A stretch of 64,000 bases of DNA from Candidatus Hydrogenedentota bacterium. GTDB lineage: Bacteria > Hydrogenedentota > Hydrogenedentia > Hydrogenedentales > SLHB01. The position numbers and the translations under genes are program-made. The stretch spans positions 1,065-65,064 of the forward strand of contig DAIQLC010000023.1 in the NCBI GenBank assembly GCA_036789645.1, given 5' to 3'. Position 1 is the stretch's first letter; every line of letters begins with the position of its first letter. The notes beneath the pieces were generated by a model. The model made no database searches. It saw nothing but the letters and a program-made list of their open reading frames with translations, and was not told the DNA's origin. Shown in pieces: positions 38,341 to 46,988 of the stretch.

Positions 38341-39128
38341 TGAAACGACTCCACGACAAAAAGGCGATCGTCACCGGCGCGGCCCAGGGATTGGGCGCGG
38401 CCATTGTTGAGCACCTGGCAGAGGAAGGCTGCGATGTCATCGCGTGGGACGTCCAGCTCGACAAGGTGCAGCAGTCCGCCAGCGAGATTGGCGCCCGAAC
38501 GGGGCGCCTGGTCGCCGGAACGGCCGTCGACGTGACCGACCCCGAGGCGGTCCGCGGCGCGATCGAACAGAGTGTGCGGGAGTTGGGCGGCCTGGACGTG
38601 TTCGTCTCGAACGCGGGCATCCTGATCTCGGGCGATTCCCTCGAATTCGACGTCGCGAGATGGCGGCGGGTCATCGATGTGAATCTGGTGGGCTACTTCA
38701 TTTGCGCGCGCGAGGCCGCACGGGCCATGCTGCAGACGGGCGGGGGCTCGATCATCCAGATCAACTCCAAGTCCGGCAAGAAGGGCAGCTTCCGCAACAG
38801 TGCCTACGCGGCAAGCAAGTTCGGAGGGATTGGCGTGACCCAGAGCCTCGCCCTGGAGTTCGCCGAACAGGGCGTGCGAATCAACAGCGTCTGTCCGGGC
38901 AATCTCCTGGATTCGCCGTTGTGGGTTGACAGCCTGTTCAAGCAGTACGCCGCCAACCAGGGGATCAGCGAGGCCGAAGTGCGCCAGAAGTACATCGACC
39001 AGGTCCCCATGAAACGCGCCTGCCAGTACCGCGACGTCACGAATGTCGTCGTGTTTCTGGCCTCGGATGACGCCTCGTATATGACCGGACAGGCCATCAA
39101 CGTCACCGGCGGCCAGGAAATGCGTTGA
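38340..39128 (+). CDS. Short-chain dehydrogenase/reductase (SDR)
   Basis: TGAAQGLG cofactor motif, NAG and YAASK catalytic motifs. Start overlaps the ADH stop (TAATG). Confidence 0.9.
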   Translation: MKRLHDKKAIVTGAAQGLGAAIVEHLAEEGCDVIAWDVQLDKVQQSASEIGARTGRLVAGTAVDVTDPEAVRGAIEQSVRELGGLDVFVSNAGILISGDSLEFDVARWRRVIDVNLVGYFICAREAARAMLQTGGGSIIQINSKSGKKGSFRNSAYAASKFGGIGVTQSLALEFAEQGVRINSVCPGNLLDSPLWVDSLFKQYAANQGISEAEVRQKYIDQVPMKRACQYRDVTNVVVFLASDDASYMTGQAINVTGGQEMR

Positions 39129-39322
39129 TCCGGGCGGAATCGCCCGCCGCATACTCCGCAACAAATAGTTATATCTATCGATTTTAATATTTATAGTATT
39201 TTTCAGGCCCCGCCTGGCCGATTCGCGTAATTCTTATCAAGATTTGGCCGCAATCTGCCGATAGATAGATCGAGCGGAGAAGCAGGAGGTTTCTCCGATT
39301 CGGGCGTCAGGAGGTCAACGCA

Positions 39323-39508
39323 ATGGACATCATCACACCCATTGCCGGCGCCGGGACCAGCCAGACGCAGATTCGTGTGCAGGAGCAGGCCGCGGTTACG
39401 GCCAGGCAGGACGCGGTCGCGGAAGGAATCAGCGAGGCGGCCATCAAACTGGTTCAATCTGCAATGGCGAACCCGGACGTTGGCAACTCCATCAACATGA
39501 CGGTATAG
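39323..39508 (+). CDS. Small protein, YjfB-like 'putative motility protein' family (61 aa)
   Basis: AGGAGG RBS 7 nt upstream of the ATG. MDI...Q.Q...A......PDVGNSINMTV resembles the PF14070 pattern (N-terminal MDI, C-terminal (L/V)GNxI(D/N)). Sits in an AT-rich islet and is followed by a perfect terminator. Confidence 0.5.
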   Translation: MDIITPIAGAGTSQTQIRVQEQAAVTARQDAVAEGISEAAIKLVQSAMANPDVGNSINMTV

Positions 39509-39539
39509 AAACTGCCGGCTACATCGGAAGCGTTCCCAT

Positions 39540-39578
39540 GCCTGAGGGTGATCTTTGCCCTCAGGCATGTTGTCTTCC
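39540..39578 (+). terminator. Rho-independent terminator (9-bp perfect stem gcctgaggg/ccctcaggc, 9-nt loop, U-rich tail)
   Basis: Read directly, 32 nt after the small ORF stop. Confidence 0.55.
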
Positions 39579-39823
39579 TGCGCTTTTGGGGACCTCGAAC
39601 CCGTGGACCGTGAAAACTCCGGGGGCCCTCCGGTGTAACGCAGGCGTCTCGCCTGCATCCGGATCGCCCCCAGAAGCCAAGCATGCCGAGCGGGCGCCCA
39701 GCGAGCCCGGGGCGCCGTCCGGGGCGCGAGGGCGTGTCCCCCGTTCGAGCGCGGGCGTGTTCACGGCAGCACGAGGCTCGGCTGTGGATACTCCTGAACA
39801 CGCCCTGAGGCAGCGCACGCCCC

Positions 39824-42592
39824 TCAGGAAGCCGCTCGCTGCGGGGCGAGCGTCACCGGCCCCGCCAGCCCGGACGGGAGCACAGGCCATTCCGCGGCGC
39901 TGAACGGCTTGTAATCGATGTTGACGAAGAAGTAGTTCTGCCAGTTCTCGCCGGCGCGATCCATGTGGCGGATCCGGTTGGCCATCAGGTTCACGACCTC
40001 GATCGCCAGCGTGTTTTCCCCCGGTTTCAGAAGATGGCCTATCGACAACCGGTAGGGTTTACACCACAGGATCCCCGCCGGTTCTCCGTTCACGAATACC
40101 GCGGCGCTTTCATGGACCTCCCCAAGGTCAAGGATCCAGTCCGCAACGTCCGTTTCGGGCAGCGCAAACCTCGTCTCATAGCGAGCCTTGCCCGAGAAGG
40201 CGTCAGCCAGTTCATCGCCGCGATTGGTCCACAGGACGGGATTTTGCGAGCCGAATCCCTCGGGCGTCGCGGGGCCGCCGTCCAGGAAGGTAACGGTCCA
40301 CGGCCCGTGCGCGTGCACTGGGTCCCCGGCCGGCTCCAGATACGGCCAGGGCGGGCACCCGGCAGCGTTGTCGAACGTCTGGATGACTCGTGTGCCGCCC
40401 GGTTCGAAATCCACCCGGACCTCGCTCCGGCCGTCCGCTCCCGTGCGCACCCGGCCTGCGCCCATCTGTTCAAGCCGCGGATCGAAAAGCACGGCGCTCG
40501 TGCACGCCGTGGCGAGCGGCAACCATAGCGACGCGGTTTCGGCGCTGCGATTCGCGAGGAAATACGTTTTGCCGCGTTCGTGAGAACGCCGAACAAACCC
40601 CACGCCCGAGTCCGTCATGGTTTCCCGGACAATTCCCTGCGCCGCGAGCGCCTCCGGGAGCGCGCCGGTAAGCACGAGACGGCCCTTGCCCAGATGGATC
40701 ACGCGCCCTTCCTTGAAATCCCCGGGCCCGCACGTGTTGCCCCCGGCTGCCAACGCGATGGTCTCCAGATGCGCCTTGAGAGGCATGCCCCCGTCACGAA
40801 CCGCCCGTCCCGGCGTCTCCGAAGGCAACCGATCCACAACAATCACCGCCGCCCCTGCCTCGACCAGTTTCACAATCGTACCCAGGGTTGTGCCGGGCAT
40901 GCGTGTGCACGCCGGCAAGACCAACGCGCGGTAACGGCCGCCGCCAGTATCCAGCTGGCCGTTTACGACGCGCGTACGCTCGATCAACAGCTTGTCCGAG
41001 ATGTAATCGAAGGTGAAACCCAGCTCGTCCATGGTCTTCGCCGCGTTGTAGAAATGGACCATGCCCTTATGGAGCCAGTCGCCGGTGTAATGCACGGAGA
41101 ACTGCCTCAACGGCACCCCCTCACCGTCCGTGAGATGCCAGTAATCGTAAATGGGCTGATAGAGCAGCACATCGTTATCGGGCGCGCCCGATTGCAGAAA
41201 CGACTGACACCGCGCGATGTAGGCGTTCAGTTCCGGGAGATGGGGCCAGAAGGTGTTGGACGGGCCGAAATTCGTGGAAGCGTAGAACAGCCAGCCCGGC
41301 CACGGCACATCCGCCGGCGAGAACGCCATCCCGTGAAAAAACACGTGATTGACGCCACCCAGGAACAGCTGGTCTATGGCCGGTTTCACCTCGGCCAGCG
41401 ACACCTGGAAATGTTCGTCGAGCCACGTGCAGGATTCCGACGACACCAGCCGTTTTCCACATACGTGCGCGGCGGACGACGCGAACTGCGTCATCAGGAT
41501 CTCCGCCCCGCCCCGGCCGAATCCCTCGGTTTCGGGAATGTCCGCGGCCGCGTAGAGATCGAGCAGATTGCCCGGCGAACCGTGTGCCTGATTGCGCGTA
41601 AGGGCCCCGTTCGCATGCGACCACGCCACCCAGGGCACGGTGAAGCGTTCGTACAGCAGATCGCTGACCGTCTCGCAGTAATCGGAACGCACGCGGCCCA
41701 CGGCGTCGGGTTCGCCCCGGCCGACCAACTGCGGCAGGAACGCGCGCAGATCGTAGCCCCGGCGCTCGGTGAACTGCTCGAAGAAATCGCCGGTCCAGTT
41801 GGCGTTGTAGACTTCATAGGAGTCGTTATAAAAAGCGCGGGGCGGCTTGCCGCGATAGCTGTTGAACGCCGCGTCGAATGGGGCCAGATAGCGGTCGAGA
41901 GACCCTCTCGAGAAATAATCCATCACGTTGCCCTCGGCGCCCGGCGCGGCCCGTTTCACCTGCTGCCGGGTCCAGCCCTGGTATACGGCGTAGACCGTCC
42001 AGCGCCCACGATCCGGAAACCAGTCCAGTTGGCCCTCCGCGGTGACACGGTCCGTCACATCGGCGCAGGCGCCGTCCGCCGAAAACGCTACGACAGCCCG
42101 GAGCGCGGCCTCCGGCTGCTCCCCGCACCGGAGAGGCTCCGCCAGGGACTCCCCCGCAGCCAGTTCGTGCGGTTCCACGAAAACCCGCGCGGCCGCATTC
42201 TCGTCGTCGACCCATGGTCCGCCGAAGGGCCACCCGGTCCCCGTGGTCATGTCAATGCCCATCCCGGCGCCGTCTGCCGCTGCGGTGACCGCATCGAGCA
42301 TGGCCATCCACTGCGGCGTTAGGTAGTTGATGTAGCGCTCCTCACAACCCTGCGCCCCGTAGATGGGAACGATGTGCATGCCCCCCATCCCCGCGCTCGA
42401 ATACAGGTTGACGTGCCGCTCGAGCTCCGCCGCGCCCACCGCGCTGCCCATCCACCACCAATACGTCCATGGGCGGCATTCCCGGGTGATCTCCGGCCAG
42501 GCCGGTTCCTGGCCCCGGGCGCCCGGTGAAGTTGCCGCCATCACACACAGAACCACCACGACTGTTGCGAAATCCGCGAATCTGGGTGACAT
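39824..42592 (-). CDS. Secreted glycoside hydrolase, GH106/alpha-L-rhamnosidase-like (family assignment tentative)
   Basis: 922 aa. Signal peptide after the ATG at 42592. RPWTYWWWMGSAV N-terminal motif and C-terminal beta-sandwich of the kind seen in large Bacteroides/PVC rhamnosidase-like hydrolases. Confidence 0.55.
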   Translation of the reverse strand: MSPRFADFATVVVVLCVMAATSPGARGQEPAWPEITRECRPWTYWWWMGSAVGAAELERHVNLYSSAGMGGMHIVPIYGAQGCEERYINYLTPQWMAMLDAVTAAADGAGMGIDMTTGTGWPFGGPWVDDENAAARVFVEPHELAAGESLAEPLRCGEQPEAALRAVVAFSADGACADVTDRVTAEGQLDWFPDRGRWTVYAVYQGWTRQQVKRAAPGAEGNVMDYFSRGSLDRYLAPFDAAFNSYRGKPPRAFYNDSYEVYNANWTGDFFEQFTERRGYDLRAFLPQLVGRGEPDAVGRVRSDYCETVSDLLYERFTVPWVAWSHANGALTRNQAHGSPGNLLDLYAAADIPETEGFGRGGAEILMTQFASSAAHVCGKRLVSSESCTWLDEHFQVSLAEVKPAIDQLFLGGVNHVFFHGMAFSPADVPWPGWLFYASTNFGPSNTFWPHLPELNAYIARCQSFLQSGAPDNDVLLYQPIYDYWHLTDGEGVPLRQFSVHYTGDWLHKGMVHFYNAAKTMDELGFTFDYISDKLLIERTRVVNGQLDTGGGRYRALVLPACTRMPGTTLGTIVKLVEAGAAVIVVDRLPSETPGRAVRDGGMPLKAHLETIALAAGGNTCGPGDFKEGRVIHLGKGRLVLTGALPEALAAQGIVRETMTDSGVGFVRRSHERGKTYFLANRSAETASLWLPLATACTSAVLFDPRLEQMGAGRVRTGADGRSEVRVDFEPGGTRVIQTFDNAAGCPPWPYLEPAGDPVHAHGPWTVTFLDGGPATPEGFGSQNPVLWTNRGDELADAFSGKARYETRFALPETDVADWILDLGEVHESAAVFVNGEPAGILWCKPYRLSIGHLLKPGENTLAIEVVNLMANRIRHMDRAGENWQNYFFVNIDYKPFSAAEWPVLPSGLAGPVTLAPQRAAS

Positions 42593-42891
42593 CGTATCCC
42601 ACCTCGTGTTGCGCCTGTTCCGTCCTGCCTTACTCAAGCAGAGGCGCCGGAAAGAAGTCAACCGGACAAAACTCCAGACAGAACGCCGTGTTTTGCCACA
42701 GGGCGGCTTCATACGTACCTCAACAACCGCAATTGCAGGCAGGCCCGGTCCGTTGCCTCGTCACGCCGGGTGCGCTGACCACAGTCCGCCGGACAGAGGC
42801 CGTGGCCCCGTCGACAGCACCTTCCCGCGCGTGCATTCCCGGCGCCATTCCAGTATCCTCTCGCCAAGCTCAACGCAAGGAGAACCCCGCC

Positions 42892-44640
42892 ATGGTCCTG
42901 GTCATGCCGCTGCTGCTGCTCCTGTCGCAATCCTTCACCGCCGCCGATCTGCCGGAAGCCGATTTCGTGGTCGCACCGGACGGCAATGACGGGAACCCCG
43001 GCTCGCTCGAAGCGCCGTTCGCGACGATCCAGCGCGCGCAGGAGGCGGTGCGCGGCCTGCTCGCCCAGGGCCTCGACAACAACGTGACCGTGTTCCTCCG
43101 GGAAGGCGAATACGTCCTGGAGCAACCCCTGGTCTTCGGCCCCGCGGACTCCGGCACCGCCAATTTCATCGTCCGCTACGCCGCGTACCCCGGCGAAACG
43201 CCGGTCCTCTCGGGCGGACGCCGCCTCACCGGCTGGACAAAGGGCGAAAACAACCAATGGACCCTCAACGTGGCCGAGGCCGCCGGCGAAGCGTGGCCCT
43301 TCCGGCAACTGTTCGCCGACGGGGAGCGCCTGCCGCGCGGACGCTTCCCGAACCCGCCGGACCTGCTTCGCGTCGAGGCGGTATCCCCCGACGTGACCGG
43401 GATCACCCTCGCCACCGCCCCGCCCGTCGCCAGTCTCTCCGGCAAAGACGCCGAACTGGTCATGTACCAGAACTGGTCCATTTCGCGGACGGCCATTGTC
43501 TCCTCCGAAAACAACGTGCTCAAACTCGCCAACCCGATGGGCTGGATCGGCCACGGCGATGCGACCACGGCCAGCCCGGGCAAACCCGCCATCATCGAGA
43601 ACGCGCTGGAATTCGTCGACCAGCCCGGCGAATGGTATCTGAACCGCACGTCCGGCCTGCTGACGTACCAGGCCGCCGAAGGCGAAGACCCCAACGCGAA
43701 GGCGTTCATCGCGCCAAAACTCGAACAGCTGCTCGTCGTGGAAGGGCATCCGGATGCCCCCGTCATCAACCTGTGGTTCGAGGGCCTGACCTTCGCGCAT
43801 GCCGAATGGGCCCTCCCCCCGTTCGGCTACCTGGGCATCCAGGCCGGACATTACGGCACGACCACGGCGGACCGCACCTACGTTCTTCCCGTCGGCATTG
43901 AATTCATCTTTGCGGAACGGTGCGCGCTCGAACGCTGCCGCGTGGAGCATTTCGGGGCTTCGGCCATCGGCTTCGGCCCCCGCTGCCGCCACAACCGCGT
44001 CGCCGGCTGCGCTCTCACCGACATCGGCGGCAACGGGATCATGACCGGCTGGCGCGGCAAGGGCAGCCTGGCGGGCTCCGCCCCCGCCGAAGACCACCAC
44101 CTCGCGGCCGATTGGGCCAACCCGGACGACGTGCCCACCGGCAACGAGATCGTCGCCAACGAGGTCCAGACCTGCGGCGCCGTCAATCACGGATGCGTGG
44201 GCATCTTCGACGCCTTCTGCGCGGAAACCCGCATCGCCCACAACGTCGTGCACGCGATGCCCTACACCGGCATCTCGGCGGGCTTTCGCTGGGACGAATC
44301 CCCCACCAGCCAGCGCGGCGCCGTCATCGAATACAACCACGTCTACGACACGATGCGCATGCTTGCCGACGGCGGCTGCCTCTACACCCTCGGCTGGCAG
44401 CCCGGCGCCGTAATCCGGGGCAACGTCTTCCATGACGCCCACCGCAGCGCGTTTGCGCACGGCGGCGCGCCCAACAACGGCATCTTTTTCGACCAGGGCA
44501 GCAAGGGGTTCCACGTCACGGGCAACACAATCTACAACTGCAGCGGCGGACCGATCCGCTTCAACCAGACCGGCGCGGGCAGCATGACCTGGGAAAACAA
44601 CGCCCTCGAAACCGGTCCCGATTACGCCGCCGAACCCTAG
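42892..44640 (+). CDS. Secreted right-handed parallel beta-helix (pectate-lyase-fold) protein
   Basis: AAGGAG RBS. Signal peptide MVLVMPLLLLLSQSFTAA. Repeated beta-helix rungs containing NxxxGxxxxG/IxxN motifs (CALTDIGGNGI..., HNVVHAMPYTGISAG...). Confidence 0.75.
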   Translation: MVLVMPLLLLLSQSFTAADLPEADFVVAPDGNDGNPGSLEAPFATIQRAQEAVRGLLAQGLDNNVTVFLREGEYVLEQPLVFGPADSGTANFIVRYAAYPGETPVLSGGRRLTGWTKGENNQWTLNVAEAAGEAWPFRQLFADGERLPRGRFPNPPDLLRVEAVSPDVTGITLATAPPVASLSGKDAELVMYQNWSISRTAIVSSENNVLKLANPMGWIGHGDATTASPGKPAIIENALEFVDQPGEWYLNRTSGLLTYQAAEGEDPNAKAFIAPKLEQLLVVEGHPDAPVINLWFEGLTFAHAEWALPPFGYLGIQAGHYGTTTADRTYVLPVGIEFIFAERCALERCRVEHFGASAIGFGPRCRHNRVAGCALTDIGGNGIMTGWRGKGSLAGSAPAEDHHLAADWANPDDVPTGNEIVANEVQTCGAVNHGCVGIFDAFCAETRIAHNVVHAMPYTGISAGFRWDESPTSQRGAVIEYNHVYDTMRMLADGGCLYTLGWQPGAVIRGNVFHDAHRSAFAHGGAPNNGIFFDQGSKGFHVTGNTIYNCSGGPIRFNQTGAGSMTWENNALETGPDYAAEP

Positions 44641-44776
44641 ACGCCCGCGCCCTTCACCGCCCTTCGTTGCGGTCCCCGTTACCGGGTCCGCCGGGTGGCC
44701 TCGTTTTGCGTCACGGCGGCGCGTGCAGGTATGCTTCCGCTGCATGCATTCCCGCAACAGAAAGGAACGGCGTTCG

Positions 44777-45592
44777 ATGCACACTCCTTGCCTGATTCTC
44801 GTACCGCTGGCCATGCTTCTGGCCCTTACCGCCAGCGCCGCGGAGCTCTCGTTCGAAGACATTGCGTTCACGGCACGCTGCGACGGCACCGAGCAGCGCT
44901 ACGTGATCGGCCTCCCGCCGGGGCTGGATGCGAGCGCGCCGCATGACGCCCTGATCGCCCTCCACGGCCATGGCTCGGACCGCTGGCAATTCGTCCGGGA
45001 AGAACGCGGCGAATGCGCGGCCCCGCGCCATATCGCCCAGGAACGTGGAATGGTCTTTATCTCGCCGGATTACCGCGCCACGACCTCCTGGATGGGCCCG
45101 AACGCCGAGGCCGATCTGGTGCAGATCATCGAGGCAGTGCGGGAAAAGTACAACGTGACGCGATTCTTCCTTTGCGGAGGCTCCATGGGCGCGTCCGGCG
45201 CGCTCACGTTCGCGGCGTTGCATCCCGATCTCATCGCCGGCGTGGCCGCGATGAACGGCACGGCCAACCATCTCGAATATGAGAACTACCAGGATGCCAT
45301 CCGGGAATCGTTCGGGGGCACAAAAGCCGAGATCCCGGAGGAATACAAAAAGCGCAGCGCGGAATACTGGCCCGAACGCTTCACCATGCCGTTCGCCATG
45401 TCGCTCAGCGGCCAGGATGAGGCCGTCCCCCCGCAGAGCGGCCTCCGGCTCGCCGACGTGCTGCGGAAGATGGGCCGCGACGTCCTCGTCATCTATCGCG
45501 AAGAACAGGGCCATTTCAGCACCTACGAAGACACCCGGGCGATCGTCGAACACATCCTCGCCCGGGCCGACGCCCTCGCGGCGAAGCCATGA
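44777..45592 (+). CDS. Secreted alpha/beta hydrolase (esterase/peptidase S9-like)
   Basis: Signal peptide MHTPCLILVPLAMLLALTASA. HGHGSD region. GGSMGA nucleophile elbow. Confidence 0.75.
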   Translation: MHTPCLILVPLAMLLALTASAAELSFEDIAFTARCDGTEQRYVIGLPPGLDASAPHDALIALHGHGSDRWQFVREERGECAAPRHIAQERGMVFISPDYRATTSWMGPNAEADLVQIIEAVREKYNVTRFFLCGGSMGASGALTFAALHPDLIAGVAAMNGTANHLEYENYQDAIRESFGGTKAEIPEEYKKRSAEYWPERFTMPFAMSLSGQDEAVPPQSGLRLADVLRKMGRDVLVIYREEQGHFSTYEDTRAIVEHILARADALAAKP

Positions 45593-45680
45593 TTCCGGGC
45601 GCCGCGCCCATGACTGGACATTCCCCGGGCCGCTCACGGTATGATGCGCCCCCGGAGCGTACACACGAAAGGAACCACCC

Positions 45681-46976
45681 ATGACGATGAAGCGCTTTAC
45701 CCGGCGCACATTTCTGGGCCTTGCCGGCGCCGCCGCGGCGGCCGGGCTGGCGCCGCGGACCGCCCGCGCGGGCATCGGGCCCAACGAGAAGATCAACCTG
45801 GCCGTGATCGGCTGCGGCGGCATGGGCTCGCGCCACATCGAGGCCCTCGCCGTCAACGACAACTGCAACCTCGCCGCCCTCTGCGACGTCTACATCCCGC
45901 GGTACGTTGACCAGCAGAAGGTGGTCGAGGAACGAAGCGGCAGGAAACCCGACGGCTACCAGGATTTCCGGCGCGTCCTCGAACGCAACGACATCGACGC
46001 CATTCTCGTGGCCACGCCGGACCATTGGCATCCCCTGTTGACCATCCTCGGTTGCGAGGCTGGGAAAGACGTGTACGTCGAGAAGCCCGCCTGCACGACC
46101 GTTCAGGAGGGCCGCGCAATGGTCAACGCCGCCCGCCGGTACGGGTCCGTGGTGCAGGTCGGCATCCAGCAGCGCTCGATGCCCCTGTTTCAGCAGGCGA
46201 TCGAAATCATCCACTCGGGCCGGCTGGGCGTCATCACCTCCGCCACGGCATGGGTCGGCACCAACGGCTCGCTCGTCCAGGAGAGCGTGCGCGAGGTCCC
46301 CAGGGGACTCGACTGGGACCTGTGGCTCGGTCCCGCTCCCTGGCACGACTACACCCAGGAGCGGTTTACGGCCTTCCGCGCCTTCATGGATTACGCGCGG
46401 GGGGGCGAACTCGCGAACTGGGGCGTCCATCTCGTCGACATCCTCCACTGGGGAATCCGCCAGGACCGCCCGCTGACCGCCCAGGCCGTCGGCGGCAATT
46501 ATCTTGGCGGCGCGGGCGCGGACAACTATGAGGTCGTCGACGCCCTGCTCGAATACCCGGGCGCAACCGTGACCTGGGAGCAGCGCCACAGCAATACCCA
46601 TTCATCCAAGGGTTACGGCATGCGGTTCCAGGGCACGCGCGGCCGCCTTACCCTCGACCGCGCCTCGTACTGGCTCGAGAACCTCGCGCCGGATTCCGAT
46701 CTTACCCCCGGCGAGGTTGTAGGCGCCCCGGAACTCAGTTGGGCCAACCCCGACCACCACAATAACTTCTTCGAGTGCATCCGCGCGCGCAGGAAACCCC
46801 GGACCGATGTCGAGATCGGCGTGCGCTCGACGTCCGCCATCCTCATCGCGGGGGTCGCCCTCAAGGTGTCGCGCAAGCTCGTGTGGGACGGCGACGCCGA
46901 ACGCTTCATCGGAGACGCGGAAGCCAACAAACACCTGACCCGGCCCTATCGCGCGCCGTGGCGGTTGGATGTATAG
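45681..46976 (+). CDS. Gfo/Idh/MocA-family oxidoreductase with twin-arginine signal
   Basis: RRTFLGLAGAAAAAGLA TAT motif. INLAVIGCGGMGSRH Rossmann. EKP motif (YVEKPAC). Confidence 0.9.
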   Translation: MTMKRFTRRTFLGLAGAAAAAGLAPRTARAGIGPNEKINLAVIGCGGMGSRHIEALAVNDNCNLAALCDVYIPRYVDQQKVVEERSGRKPDGYQDFRRVLERNDIDAILVATPDHWHPLLTILGCEAGKDVYVEKPACTTVQEGRAMVNAARRYGSVVQVGIQQRSMPLFQQAIEIIHSGRLGVITSATAWVGTNGSLVQESVREVPRGLDWDLWLGPAPWHDYTQERFTAFRAFMDYARGGELANWGVHLVDILHWGIRQDRPLTAQAVGGNYLGGAGADNYEVVDALLEYPGATVTWEQRHSNTHSSKGYGMRFQGTRGRLTLDRASYWLENLAPDSDLTPGEVVGAPELSWANPDHHNNFFECIRARRKPRTDVEIGVRSTSAILIAGVALKVSRKLVWDGDAERFIGDAEANKHLTRPYRAPWRLDV

Positions 46977-46988
46977 AAGGAGCCGATC

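Noticed and set aside
39203-39658. 151-aa minus-strand ORF overlapping the YjfB-like gene and its terminator
   Set aside because: No RBS, no motifs, and it runs antisense through an AT-rich promoter and a terminator hairpin. The plus-strand small gene, with its consensus SD and terminator, is the better explanation.
12519-39745. Shared 11-mer TGTCCCCGTTC in the dinB-dnaE2 palindrome and in the GC-rich gap at about 39736
   Set aside because: With about 128k 11-mer positions, thousands of chance 11-mer coincidences are expected. No extended similarity surrounds the match.
39740-39830. Two hairpins with CCTGAGG/CCTCAGG stems (39540-39566 and 39802-39828), plus an 11-bp inverted repeat gggcgtgttca/tgaacacgccc overlapping the GH106-like stop codon. 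Considered as a structured RNA or small mobile element in the 270-bp GC-rich gap.
   Set aside because: CCTNAGG is self-complementary, so such hairpins arise trivially. There are no direct repeats, ORF or target-site duplication. Most likely these are convergent terminator structures.
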